Below are positions 1 through 45,874 of a stretch of 64,000 bases of DNA, piece after piece; within the stretch, counting starts at the first letter, position 1, and the number at the start of each line of letters is the position of its first letter. The stretch is from Lama glama (lineage: Eukaryota). Position numbers and translations under genes: made by a program. The stretch spans positions 13,208,001 to 13,272,000 of the forward strand of contig CM052832.1 of the NCBI GenBank assembly GCA_028534125.1, written 5' to 3'. A model generated the notes under the pieces. The model saw nothing but the letters and a program-made list of their open reading frames with translations. It was not told the DNA's origin and searched no databases.

Positions 1-59
1 TCCAGCTCAGGTTAGTGGGACTGGGAGGGATGAGGAGAAATAGCATTTTCTGACCTTCC

Positions 60-465
60 TGGGAAGTTTCAGTGTTGCTTTTGTATCCATTAGCTATCAA
101 TATTTACCATATGAGAAATTAAAATTGAGAAACATTTTAAATTATGTATTAATTCATTTAAAAATAACAATAGTTTAACCCATTACAGGTTAGCAGAAGT
201 AACATCTTTTTTGAAAAATAACTGTATTTTCCAAAACAAGTCATTTAGTGAGAAGAGTGCTTTGTTTTATATTTTAAAAAATCTCTTTAATGTCTGACTT
301 AACAGAAGAGTTGGATTTTCATATCTGCTTCTGCAGTCAATCTGTTATGATATCACTGTTGGATAACTTCTAGAAAATTCCATGTCTTATCAGCATTATT
401 ATGAAAATAGCTTTGGCCTCATGGACTCCCATGTGGGTTCTTGGTCCGTACTTTGAGAACTGCTA
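60..465. mobile_element. hAT-Charlie-type DNA transposon remnant
   Basis: Recognised segment ttttccaaaac..tttagtgagaagagtg..ctctttaatgtctg..ttaa.agaaga and terminal ctttgagaactgct; subfamily not determined. Confidence 0.55.
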
Positions 466-611
466 TTATGTATGGAGGTATAAATTGTTAGCCAACATGA
501 ATTGAGCAATTTTTTCTGAGACACACAATGTGCTAAGTTAGTGTCGGCTTATTTGATGTATTATAATATGTAATGTACTACATAGTATGATATCATGTCT
601 GATGTATTATG

Positions 612-722
612 ATCCTCATTTCACAAAGAGGTTAAGGGACCTGCCCAAGGTCACACAGCCACTGGGTAGAAGAGATTTGAACCCAAGTAGTCTGGTTCTA
701 GAGCCGGGGTCCTTAACTACTA
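612..722. mobile_element. MIR SINE (one of many; others at about 4400-4520, 5780-5890, 13940-14140, 26000-26170, 47400-47600, 53520-53720, 55830-56070, 57950-58140, 62190-62370)
   Basis: Core gaggttaag.gac.tgcccaaggtcacacagc...gatttgaacccaag. Confidence 0.75.
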
Positions 723-3700
723 GGTTATAGTGTCCCAAACTCTGCTTTCAGGGGCTTCTAGTTGGGGAATAAGACACAGAATTGATAGGCCAGGGCCACA
801 TAGCAATGACCAAATCAACTCAAACACAACTGCTCAGTCTGATTTCTCTACTTGTCTGTTTACCTTGGTGGGTCTGGAGGAACTTAACAGCAGGACTAAA
901 CCTTCCCCACATGTTCTCCCAGCAGAGGGTGTGGTGTGCAGTAGGTGATCACAGAGGATCTTTCATAAATCTGTGCTTAAATGAGTAGGAAGCACAGACC
1001 AAATGTGTAACAGCAGGTGATGATGAAAACTCCTACACCTATTAGTGCTGGCGATCTGGACGCTACTGGAGTTCAGACAAGGGGGAGAACCCAGCTGACA
1101 TGTTGACTAGAGCTTCTTTTCAAGCTTCCTGAGCCTCAGTTTCTCCACCTCTTTGCTGGGGCTGATAGGGTTGCTGAGGATTAAAGGAGATCATGAAGGC
1201 AACTGTGCCTAACAGGGGCTCAGCTTCTATTGGATGTCTGGGAAGGACTGAATCTGAATTCCCTAAAGCCTAAATTCAGTTTGCCCCCACACTTCTAGCT
1301 CAGCTGGTGACTTCCTTCCTAGCTTATAATTAAATGAAGCAATGTAAGTGAAAGTGCTTTGGAATCTCTAAAGCTCTAGACGATGCTAGGTGCTGTTTTG
1401 GGTCTAGTTTTCTGGTATTGGTAAACAGTCTGTGTTTAATACCCTTTAGGCTCTCCCTCCTCCTCCTGCTTCCCCACTCCTCCCTTCTTCTCCTTCATCC
1501 AGGGATGGCAGCAGTTTCTTTGATTTAAGCTGTTTCACAGCTTGTGGAGGTGGGGGCTCCCTCCCTTCCTCTTGAGATTGTCAGCTTCTTTTCTTTTGGG
1601 GCATCTTTGGCTGAGTTCTGTCTTTCCCTAGAATATTTGCAAGGAAAAGAGACTAATTCCCAGCATCTGGCTGAATTAAAATAATTACATCTGAACGGCT
1701 TTGCTTCTGTCGTTCTAGCATTCAGTGGGAGGATCAAAGGAAGAGGGTGGAGTCTGAGAGATGGTTTTTCACCAGAGCAGGGCTTCCTGCTCAAATGAAT
1801 ACATTCTGCCGAAGTAGACAAACCCTCCCTTCATCCATGGGGATGGTGTGGACTGGCAGGGACCAGCAAAGGATTAGAGTGGACTCCACCGGGTCACTAG
1901 CATACTTTGATGGGTTATAGAAAAGCCCTGCTCATCTAGAATTTAAATACCAAGAAAGTTTCAACAATCAGAATTTGATCCAAAATATTTTTCAGTGATA
2001 CTTCATGTTGACAGTGATGACTTTAATCTCCTGAAGGGCCTCTGAATCACTAAAGAATTCGTTATGTTCAGCAGTAAAACAATTATTATTCCATATAATA
2101 CTGACCAGTATTTAATTTACATTGTCCTCAGAGTTGACCAAGACTCTCATGTTTATTTGATTGTCACCACTTGTTTCGGGACTGGGTGGGTGTGAGTGAC
2201 CCAGTGTACAGATGCAGAGGGGCTGAAGTGCCTGCCTAAGATTGCAGGATTCTAGCCCAGGCCTTGGTTCAGGGAGTCTTTCCCTCACCCAGTGGAGTCA
2301 TGAGCCTTCATGGTACATGTCTGGCTAATAGCCTTTAGCAGGCATGGTGAGTGGCTGGGCTTCTGGAGAGAGGCAGTGGGGTGCTGTGGATGCAGGGAGC
2401 AGGTAGCTCCTTGCCTTTCCCTCCCCAGACCTTTAGCTATCCCTAGGCTTGCCAGGCACCCGGACCTGCCTTGCTCTGGAGCCAGGAGTTCCTGGCTAGA
2501 TGCACAGTTTCAGTGCCTCCCAGTCAGGTCCCTGCACACACTGGTGAGAGTGTGGCTCACCTCTCACCAGCCAAGGGAGTCAAAGCTTCATGCTGCAGCT
2601 GCCCCTCCTCCCACCCTTTTAGGTATCACCAGCCTGCTCATGTATTCATTCATTTCGTTTCGTCAAATATGCTTTGGCTCAGTCCATGCCCTCCCAAGGT
2701 TTCCAATTTAGTATGAGAGACAGAAATTGCCAACAGTGATCACAGTGCAGCAGTGGGCCTCAACCCTGTCAGACCCACTGCCTCTTTTTTATAACAAATA
2801 TTTTATAGCACTCTTTACTATCCTGAAGGAAAATTCATGGATAATACTATGTAGTATGCCAAAATACACACAGGTGAAGCAATGAGCCTTTGTGGCTACC
2901 TGGAAGAAGATGGGTCCAGGCAAAGAGAATAGCTCTTGCAAAGGCCCAAAACAATACGCAACTGATTGGATTGCTTCAAAAGTCAGGGGAAGAGTGATGA
3001 GTGAAATCAGAGAGGCAAGGGTGTAGGTGAGTGTGGAGGCCAGATTGTGTGGGACCTTGTGGGTGGGGAGCTTAGCAGCCTGGAATCCTGATAAAGTCAG
3101 AACTCTCGTTGTTCTAAAGAAATACTTCAGAGAGAGCCCAGTGTCTCCATATGGGAGACTCAGGAAGGGTCCTGGGAGGGAGGGAGAAAGATAAGAAGAA
3201 AGAGCTAAGGTGAAGTGGGAGGAAGTGGTGAAGGTTTCCTGAGACTCAAAATATGCAGGTTGATGTTGGGGGAAGTTGTGTGCATCTAGCATGGGTATAA
3301 GTGTCCTGCACGATGAATAACCAGCATTTAGACATCACTCTTTTAAAAAGTTAGTTTGTAATGTTTTGGACTTAGAAATCATCATTCTGGTTTAAAAAAA
3401 AAAAAAGAACAAAAGAAAGCAAAACAAAAACATTTTTCCAGATGCTAAAAAGATAACATTTTCGAAACGGACAGTTGGAAAATACAAAGAGTAGAAACAT
3501 CAGTAAGAGATAATCATTGTTGACATTTTGATGCATTTCCTCCAAGGCTTTTTTTTCTGGGTGTACAAGTATATAGTTTTTTCTTATAATTAGTAGAAAA
3601 TGGTATCCAGATTTATTTTCCCATGTCACCAGATATTCTTGGAAGACATATTTAAAGCTGCATATCACTCCTCTATTGTATGGATGGGTCATAATATATG

Positions 3701-6700
3701 AAATCTGTTCTTTTATAGGAAACAATATAATTAATACTGCAGTGAACATCCTCATAGCTGAATGGTTCCATTTTTCTATGAACCTTAGTTGATTGATTTT
3801 GGTTAGTATCCCAGAAACATAGACTTAATGAGTGGGAGGAAAAATGGTCCCATGTGGGGTTTTCAGCCTCTGAATGACCAAATCAACAGATACACAACTG
3901 ACTGGATTGCTTGAGATGTCAGTGATTAAGACAGCAGAGAAAAACCAGCTTGACCTCAACATGGTTATTAAAGTCAATGTGTACAGACAGGCCTAGTCTC
4001 TTAGGCCAACTTCAATATTCACCATCTGTGTTAGAATAAACTCCAGCCTAGGGGATCTTCGCTGCCATCGCTGAATGCCTGTACCCCAGGTCTCCTACTT
4101 CAGCTGTCTTGTCATGGCAAGCTGTGGCTCTGGGCCTCTCTGTGAATGCAGAAGCCTTCCAGAGGTCACTAGTCACCCTCAGCCCTGAGTTGTGTTCCTT
4201 CCTGCTGAAGTGCTAAATTTTATAGTTGTGGCTAATGATTCTTTTTCTTTTTAATTAATGTCTTCTTTTTTCTGACTAAAAAAGACAATATACTAGTTCC
4301 AGGAAATTTGGAAAATGCAGCAAATATTAGAGAAGATAATAAATGTCACCATGGTTCCTCTATCTCTTTAAAAGTGCTTCTTAGGGTACAGTGTGTGAGC
4401 AGTAGGGGAAAGTGGTTAAGAACTTGGGCTCTGGATCCAGGCCAAATGCCATTGCTTAATGGCTGTGTGACCCTGGGCAAGTTACTTGACCTTTCTGTGC
4501 CTCAGTTTCTTCATTTGTAAAATGACTTTATTTAGATATTTAATATTATATGTATCATGGATTTTTGCATTCATTTTGATTTTTTTAAACTATCGCATTC
4601 AAATCTTTATTTTGATTATTGAGATTTTTGGAGTCCCTTAAATTTTGCACTTACCTTATCCTTGCTCTGACCCTGGGGGCTGCCAGCAAGATCCAAACCT
4701 TCCATTCTCCCCTCCTGGGTGTTGCTACTTTCTCCCAGCCTTCAACCCACCTGCTGACTTCTGGGCCTGACTTCTGCCCTACATGGCCCTCTTCTGGGTC
4801 AGGGAAGGCTAACATGCTAGAGTGGGCCAGACTGCCACCCTAGAGAGAAAGGTTGTTTGCTGTGGTATCCCAAGCAGCCTGACTAACATGTGGGAAGATG
4901 CAAATTGAGGAAATCCTGCTTTTAGAAGAATTTAATATGTTTTTTAAAAGATAGGCTGAAAAGGCAGAAATTGCAAAAAATTACACATTGCAGGAGCTGC
5001 TTTATTTTCTCTGCAGTTGATTCCAGAGATGCTTCTGGTTTGAGAAAGGCATTTCATGTGCTCAGAGAGCCCCACTCTCAGGCTAAGGATGTCAAACAGC
5101 AGGACCTCTGACCTTCAGCCAGAATTTGCTGCTCTCAAGTCTTGCTGGCCCAGGCGGTTTTATTGACACTTACCCAGCCTTTTCCTGGGGTCACATGCGT
5201 ATGATTAACCTTTATTTAAGAGGAACAGTCAAAGCATAGTTCATATGACTATTGACATAACTCAGCGTCACCTTCAAAAGCAAGCCCCCGTACAGTTACA
5301 TGTTCCTTGCCTCAAGGACTCCCCATGGGATGCACACCCACTGGGGAAGAAGCCTGCCTTGGTTACAGCCTAGAAAGCTCTCTGAAGTTCTGTTTTATGC
5401 CCTTGGATTTGATAATGGCACAATACAGTTTATCATAATGGGCTTTTGGCAGATGTTCTCGGGTCTAGGCGGTGTTAGGGAGGGCAGATCAGGTTGAACA
5501 AAAAATAAGCGCCCAGCAACTCCTCACATATATTCGCTGTGTGGGGGTGGGGGAGTCGGGGGGATGAGGTGTGGCTCACTGGTGGATTTTTCCAGTTAGA
5601 TGAATTTCAGAGCCAGTCTTTTTTTGTTTGTTTAATTTTAACTAGTTTGCACAGGGGAGGCCTTTCTAAAATGGATTTCACACTTCTCTGACTTCTCAAA
5701 CTGAGGCTACAGAACATAATTAAACTTATCTTGATGATTCAGGGTCATCATTTGGAATCTCAGTTATTAATCTTTGGAGACAGACTGTCTTGTTTCAATC
5801 CTCTTACTAGCTTTGTGGCTTTAGGCAAGGGTGTCAACCTCTCTGTGCCTCAGTCTTCGCAGCTTTAAAATGGGAATAACAATAGTATTTATTGTAAACA
5901 CTAGTTGAACATTGGCAGTTTCATCGGGGTTAGCCCAGAAGCAGATGGCACACTGCAAGTGTTGGCTCCGATTCTTTTAACTGCTCTGTGCTAGACACTG
6001 TGGACTGGTACTTAACATATGCCAGCTCCCTTAGTCTTTCCAAGAGGCTCACAGGGGGCATTATTACTCCATTTTTCAAAGGAGAACTTGATATTAAGGT
6101 TACATTGCTTGCCCCAGGCTGCTCAGCTGGTAGGTGGCAGAGGTGTTGTTCCAACCAGGTGGCTGTGGCTCCTTTGTACTCTTCTCTCCTCAGCTGTAAA
6201 GTGGGAAGTCAGGTCCAGCTATATCTACCTCAGAGTTAGGGGGCCTCTTGTCAGTCAGCACATGTGAAAGTGATGAGTGTCCTCTAGGAACCACACAAAC
6301 TTGTGAGGGAATGAGACCATGTGGACAGTGAGGGCTCTGGGGTTAGGTGACTGAGCCCAGGGTGGCTTGGGTTCGTCATTTCACCCCTCTGAGCCGCTCA
6401 GCAAAATAGTGATGAACTATGTGCATGAACATTGACCTCAAGGGTGTGATGTGCCTACACTTTGCTCCAAACTGATCTCATTCAGCTCTCACCACAACCT
6501 TTGAGATGTGTGCTGCAATCAGCTCCATGTACAAGGAGAAAGCTGAGGCTCTAAGAGGTTACCTCCTTTTCCCGGTCACATGGTTGCAAAGCAGTAGAGC
6601 CAGGATTCAAACTGGGGCAGCCAGCTGCAGAATCCACTTGCTTCACTGGCTGGCTGCTCTGCCAGGTGGGGTTGGAAGATGAAAGGAGACCCTCCGAAGT

Positions 6701-6843
6701 GTTAGCTCAGGGCCTGGCACTCGGTGTGGGGCAAATGTGAGATATTATCCTTTCTAACCAGCTTGGTGCCTGGAATCCCCAGGGCCCTGGGGCACCCTCT
6801 AGCCTTCTGCTGCCTCACACCCTGTTTCCTTCCTTCCCACCAG

Positions 6844-41044
<34,201 letters not shown>

Positions 41045-42460
41045 AGCCTGGTCTGCTCAGATGGCTGGGGTTTAGTCCAGTAGAAATTAAGGCAGGGTGC
41101 CCAGACCCCCTACAGTCCACCCAGCCCAGCCTTTGGAACACCTGTGCCTGGGAAGCTGGCCAGGGGCAGGGCTTCTGAAGACTTCTCCCTATATGGCCCA
41201 AACACCCAGTTTGGGGGTACAGGTGGTAGAGGTGGGGATCTGGGCCCCTTCTCGTCTCTTCTTTCCCTGACATCTGGTTCTGGACCAGCCAGGAAGATGT
41301 TAATCAGGACGATGGGGGTCCCCCTCAGCCCACCTGGGTAATCCCATCTGGTATATCACCCAGAAGCCTGGGCTGGGCCTCCCACCTCCAGGCCTCTTCT
41401 CCCTGCCTTCCTCCTGTGGTATCTACTCCTACACCTGGCCCCTGACCCCCACCCCAGTATCTCTCCTGTTCCTATTTCCAATGAACCCCATGAGGCTGCT
41501 GAGTTTACAGGTACCCGAACATGTGAACCCTCACTGGAACCCTTGCATGCAGTGGGAGTCCTGCAGACCCATGAAGGGGAGGCTGTGATGGTGGATGTAG
41601 GTCACACAGTGGACAAGGGATGGAGGTTTTTCAGGCACGGGGTTCTTTCAGGTACCTCTCAAGCCCGGTATGACGCTGGTTCTAGACACAAAGATCCTCA
41701 GGCCTCTCCCTGATCTGGGCTCACAGGCAGTCGGCTCCTGGCTTCAGACGTCCCCTTTTCTCCCAGAGGCATCCCAGGGTCCCTGGTGCCCACTCCTCTG
41801 CTGCCCACCTAGAGGCCTGGGCAAAAAGCAGCCCAGCCCCAGCACTCCCACACTGCCTGTCTACCCCATGGGGACAGAGGATGAGAGTCCTGCCTCTAGC
41901 CCCTGCCTGCTGTGGGAACCCAAGCGAGGCCCGTCTACCTTTACGGTCTCAGTTTCCACATCTGTAAGGCAAGAGGATTGATCAGACAAGCCTGGGTTAA
42001 TCTTCAACTCTGACGCCCTGAGAGTCCATTTTCCCACACCCGGCTTGCCCCATCCCCCTCCTTGCCAGTGCAACCCCTTAAGGCCGTCTTGGCTCTAGGG
42101 TCACACTGTTCCATCACATCACATAAACCCACCCTGGTCCTTCAGCCTTGGGCTCTGGCGTCTGCACCCAAGCCCCTGCCTCTGCTGTGGGAAAGGCAAG
42201 AAAGATGATCTCACCCCTGGGTCCACCCAGCTGCCCGGCCTTTTCCCACATGCGGAGCAGGTCATGCATGCCAGTCTCTCCTGCCGCATGGGGCTCCTCA
42301 GCCCACTGAACCTCCCGTGCCTGGGTGGAGACCAGGCCCCACCCTGTCTGCTGCCAGACACTGCTTCCCTTCCCGTCATGCATGATGGTGGTGTTTCTAC
42401 ACTGTCTGGTCCTGTGCCCGTCTCTGAGACAGTCTCTGTGTGGCATTTGCCTTAAACTGA

Positions 42461-42484
42461 AGTAAATTTGGTTCTTTTACTAAA
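42461..42484 (+). terminator. CPNE5: Candidate CPNE5 polyadenylation signals (variant hexamers AGTAAA 42461-42466 and ACTAAA 42479-42484)
   Basis: I saw no AATAAA in the ~1.45 kb after the stop. These variant hexamers are followed by a U/GU-rich tract, and repeat (L2) sequence resumes at about 42560. Confidence 0.5.
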
Positions 42485-42559
42485 GTTGTTTTCCTTTCTC
42501 CTGTGAAAAATAGCAGATGTTGTTTCATGACAGAGTCCAGGTTCTCCTCTCTCTTTTTC

Positions 42560-42990
42560 TTCCATTCTTTTGTTCAACAAGGAGTTACTGAGCAACCAGT
42601 ATGTGCCGGACCTGTGCTAGGCACTGGGGATGCAGCAGTGAACAAAATACAGGCCCTGTCTCTACATAGAGCTACAGTAGAGACATAAATGGGACAGGGG
42701 AAACACAATAAGCACATAAACAAATAGGTAAATAACATAATTTCAGATGATGATAAGAGTCATGAAGAAAAATAAGAGAATAAGAGGATAGAGAGTGACA
42801 GGGTGATATTTTAGATGAGGTGGTCAGGAAGGACCTCTTTGAGGAGATGATGGTTGAGATGAGAGAGGGAGACATGCTGAAACCTGAGGCATGAGGGCTC
42901 CAAGGAGAGGGAACAGCAAGTGCAAAGGCCCTGAGGTGTGTTTGAAGGATAGCATGGAGGCTAGTATGGTTGCAGCTGCATTAAGTAGGG
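42560..42990. mobile_element. LINE-2 3' fragment just past the CPNE5 3' end
   Basis: tactgagca.c.a.tatgtgcc.g.cctgtgctaggcactggggatgcagcagtgaacaaaa...gggaacagcaagtgcaaaggccctgagg. Confidence 0.75.
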
Positions 42991-44183
42991 GAGGGGCCAG
43001 GGTCTGTGGGCACCAAAGGGGGGCTCCTGAGGCAGCCTGCTGGACTCACAGGACATGTGTCCAGGATGAGTTACTGTGCAATGGGACTGTCAGTCCTCCC
43101 TTGCAGGATTGTTGTGTGGCCAGAGTGACATGTAGGTATGTATGCAGGAAGTGTGTGACATACACAGGACCTGCTGCACTAAGTGCACAATAAACACCAC
43201 TTTCCTCCTTGTCTCTCTTTACATATACATCCCTGTGGCCATCAGGGACCAGGAACACAGGGAAAGGGGACTTCTCCATTCTCTGGGCAAGTTCACTCTC
43301 AGATTAGCCCTCTAGGCAGCCATTCCCAACCTGCACATCACAAGAAGTTGGTACTAATTATACTAAAGTTTGGGACTTGCTTACTTCTTGTGATTTTATA
43401 GTAAATTAGAACTGATTCACTGCTGTCCTTTTAATTAGATGCCCCTCTGCCTTGCATTCTGATCCTCTCTGAGTGCGAACCGGGTGGGGTCACAGCTTGA
43501 GAAGGGGGAAGTTCCCATAACCAGCAGCCCATTTTTACCTCACGTTGGGTGCCAATGGGAAAGTGTTGGGAGGAGATGCATGCCTGGCAGGGGAACTGAG
43601 GCTCAGAGCCACTGCCCCAGGGTACCAAGAGCATCTTTACTGTGCTCAGCACTGTAGCTTCTCTCCTGGGTTCTTTCCCAAGGTGTGTTCCATGGGACGC
43701 TGGCATGGGTTTTGGGAACTGCCTGCTCTGAGACCCTCTCAGAGAGTTCCAATAGCCTTCAGGATGTTTGAGGCTCTGATTAGTCCTATAGCAAAGAGAT
43801 TAGTTTGACTTGGTTCAACCCAGTGTTTCCTAAGCTTTTTAACCATAGGGTCAGTGTGTGTTTAACTGTAATACCATTACCAAGCAGAATGTATGATCTT
43901 GGGAATTTCAATTAAGACAATCTCCCTGGTTCCCAAGCCAACACAGAAACCTGAAGTCTGTTCCCAGGAGGCCAGAAGGAGGGCATGGAGTTTGGGAGCT
44001 TGTCAGAAGGGATGGGGTAGGAGAGGTGAAGACCTCCAGTTGGCTCTGGAGAGAAGGAAAGGGCCTCAAAAGGGGACTCTGCCCCAGATACATCAGGAAG
44101 AGAAACCACAGGGGAGAAAGAAGGCCGTTGAGAAATACATAGACCCAGACTCACGGCTCCATGACTTTAGTTCATGGTGTTCC

Positions 44184-44189
44184 TTTATT
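44184..44189 (-). terminator. Candidate polyadenylation signal (AATAAA) for the GPCR gene
   Basis: tttatt on + = AATAAA on -, about 660 nt after the stop, followed on - by a GU-rich stretch (gtgagtctgggtctatgtatttc). Confidence 0.5.
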
Positions 44190-44479
44190 GGACTGACAGT
44201 TGTGTGTGACAGAGCTGGGGGAGGGCAGGCAGAGAAGGGAAAGGTGACTGAAATGCCCTCCGGGGCTATGAGCCTCCCCTCCCCAGGCTGTAGCTGGTTC
44301 TTCCCCTCCCCCCAATTCAGTTGCCAAGCTTTCAGGATTAGGGACCCCAGGCTGGCAGGCCCCCAGATCATTCCTCTACTACTCTCTGCCTTTGGAAGTC
44401 CCTTGACCACCCTCTTGTCCACTCACTTCAAGCACCCCTGAATTAATAAAAATAAGATAATAATAGTAATAATAATGAC

Positions 44480-44690
44480 CAATACTCACATGCACTTACA
44501 AGCACCAGACATTCTTCTAAGCACTTTATATGTGTTGAGAAGGTTTATCTTCATAACAACCCTGTGAAGAAGGTACTATCATGGTCCTATTTTCCAGATG
44601 AGAAAACTGAGGTATAGAAAAGTTAAGGGACTTGTTCAAGTTATACAGCTAGGAAGTAGTGGAGCCTATAAATACCTATCTGAATCCCAT
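44480..44690. mobile_element. MIR within the putative GPCR 3'UTR
   Basis: ttctaagcactttata...aacaaccctgtga...ttttccagatgagaaaactgagg..agaaaagttaagggacttg. Confidence 0.75.
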
Positions 44691-44845
44691 CGACTTAGTT
44701 GCCATTTAGTTGCTGTAGCACAGTTGCTGAGCCACCTGCTCTCTGGATCTGTCTCCCCACTGGTGAAATGGAGGGGATGGGATCTAATATCATTAGGGAT
44801 CTTCCTTTCTCTCTTGAATCTCAGCCCTCTTATCAGCCTATCCTT

Positions 44846-45874
44846 TCAGACACCTGCTAGATCCCATAGGCCTCCTTGGGCCCTGCCATGTCCAGGCCGG
44901 ACACTCTCCATCACCATACCAGCCCCTTCCACACCTCTGGGGTGCCTGGCTGCCACCTGCTTGCAGAAGAGGTCCCTGAGTCCTGCACGGAAGGGGCGGG
45001 AGAGGTAGAAGCAAAGGATGGGGCTGACAGCACAGTTGGAGTAGGCCAGGATGGTGCAGAAGCTGGATGCCACAAAAGCCATTGGTGTGGCAGGCAGGTC
45101 ACCCACAGCTGCCACATAGCCCAGCACTGAGCAGGGCCCCCACATCAGCACAAAGACCACCAACACTACAAGGATGAGCCCTGTGTTTTCCTGGTGCTCC
45201 CGGATGCTCTCTCCCATGGGGCCACGGGGCTGTGTCCACAGGAGCCAGCCCACGTGGCTGAAAGAGCAGCCCAGCCCCAGCACACAAGGCAGGAAGGCCA
45301 GGGCTCCCAGTAGGGTGAAGTAGCAGGAGGTCTGAGCAGGGTTCAGGAGCAAGAGGCAGGCCTGGCCCTCCTCCTCCACTACCACTTGCTGGAACAACCA
45401 GTTGGGCAGCGACGCAGTGAGGCCCAAGACCCACATGGTCCCACAGAGCAGCAGGCGGGTGCCTGGGCTGGATGGAAGGGCCACGTCAGGCCGGGCCACT
45501 GCCACATGGCGCAGAAGAGCTGTGGCTACCATGCTGTAGAAGGTACAGAACATGGTGGCATTGTTGGCAGCCTGGCTGGTGGTGCAGACGGTGGGACCCA
45601 GCCACCAGTCACGCCGCAAGAAGCTCAGCAGGAGCACGGGCACCACGCAGGCCAGGAAGAGCAAGTCAGACAGTGTGATGTTCACCATGAGGCTGTTGGT
45701 CAGGGCGAGGAGTGGGCGGGGGGCGCACGGGCCCCGACCCACCACCAGCAGCATCAGTCCATTGGCCAGCAGCCCCACGAGCAGGATGAGGCCGCAGACC
45801 CCAGCAAAGACTAGTCGGAGCAGTCCCTCGGGTATGGCTGTGAGCCCGGCGGTGGACGTGGCATTGGCCTCCAT
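44846..45874 (-). CDS. Intronless class A (rhodopsin-family) GPCR, galanin-receptor-like orphan, 342 aa; putative intact orthologue of human GPR166P
   Basis: Open frame with 7 hydrophobic segments. Motifs: N-terminal NAT sequon, TM1 GLLANG, TM2 NITLSDLL, ECL1 WWLGPTVC, TM3 ALLRHVAV, TM4 MWVLG..SLP, ECL2 Cys, TM6 FVLMWGP, TM7/H8 LAYSNCAVSPILCFYLSRPFR. ATG at 45874 has a strong Kozak context (agaATGG). The ORF-track start at 45925 is GTG and the ATG at 45904 has a weak context. Confidence 0.88.
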   Translation of the reverse strand: MEANATSTAGLTAIPEGLLRLVFAGVCGLILLVGLLANGLMLLVVGRGPCAPRPLLALTNSLMVNITLSDLLFLACVVPVLLLSFLRRDWWLGPTVCTTSQAANNATMFCTFYSMVATALLRHVAVARPDVALPSSPGTRLLLCGTMWVLGLTASLPNWLFQQVVVEEEGQACLLLLNPAQTSCYFTLLGALAFLPCVLGLGCSFSHVGWLLWTQPRGPMGESIREHQENTGLILVVLVVFVLMWGPCSVLGYVAAVGDLPATPMAFVASSFCTILAYSNCAVSPILCFYLSRPFRAGLRDLFCKQVAARHPRGVEGAGMVMESVRPGHGRAQGGLWDLAGV

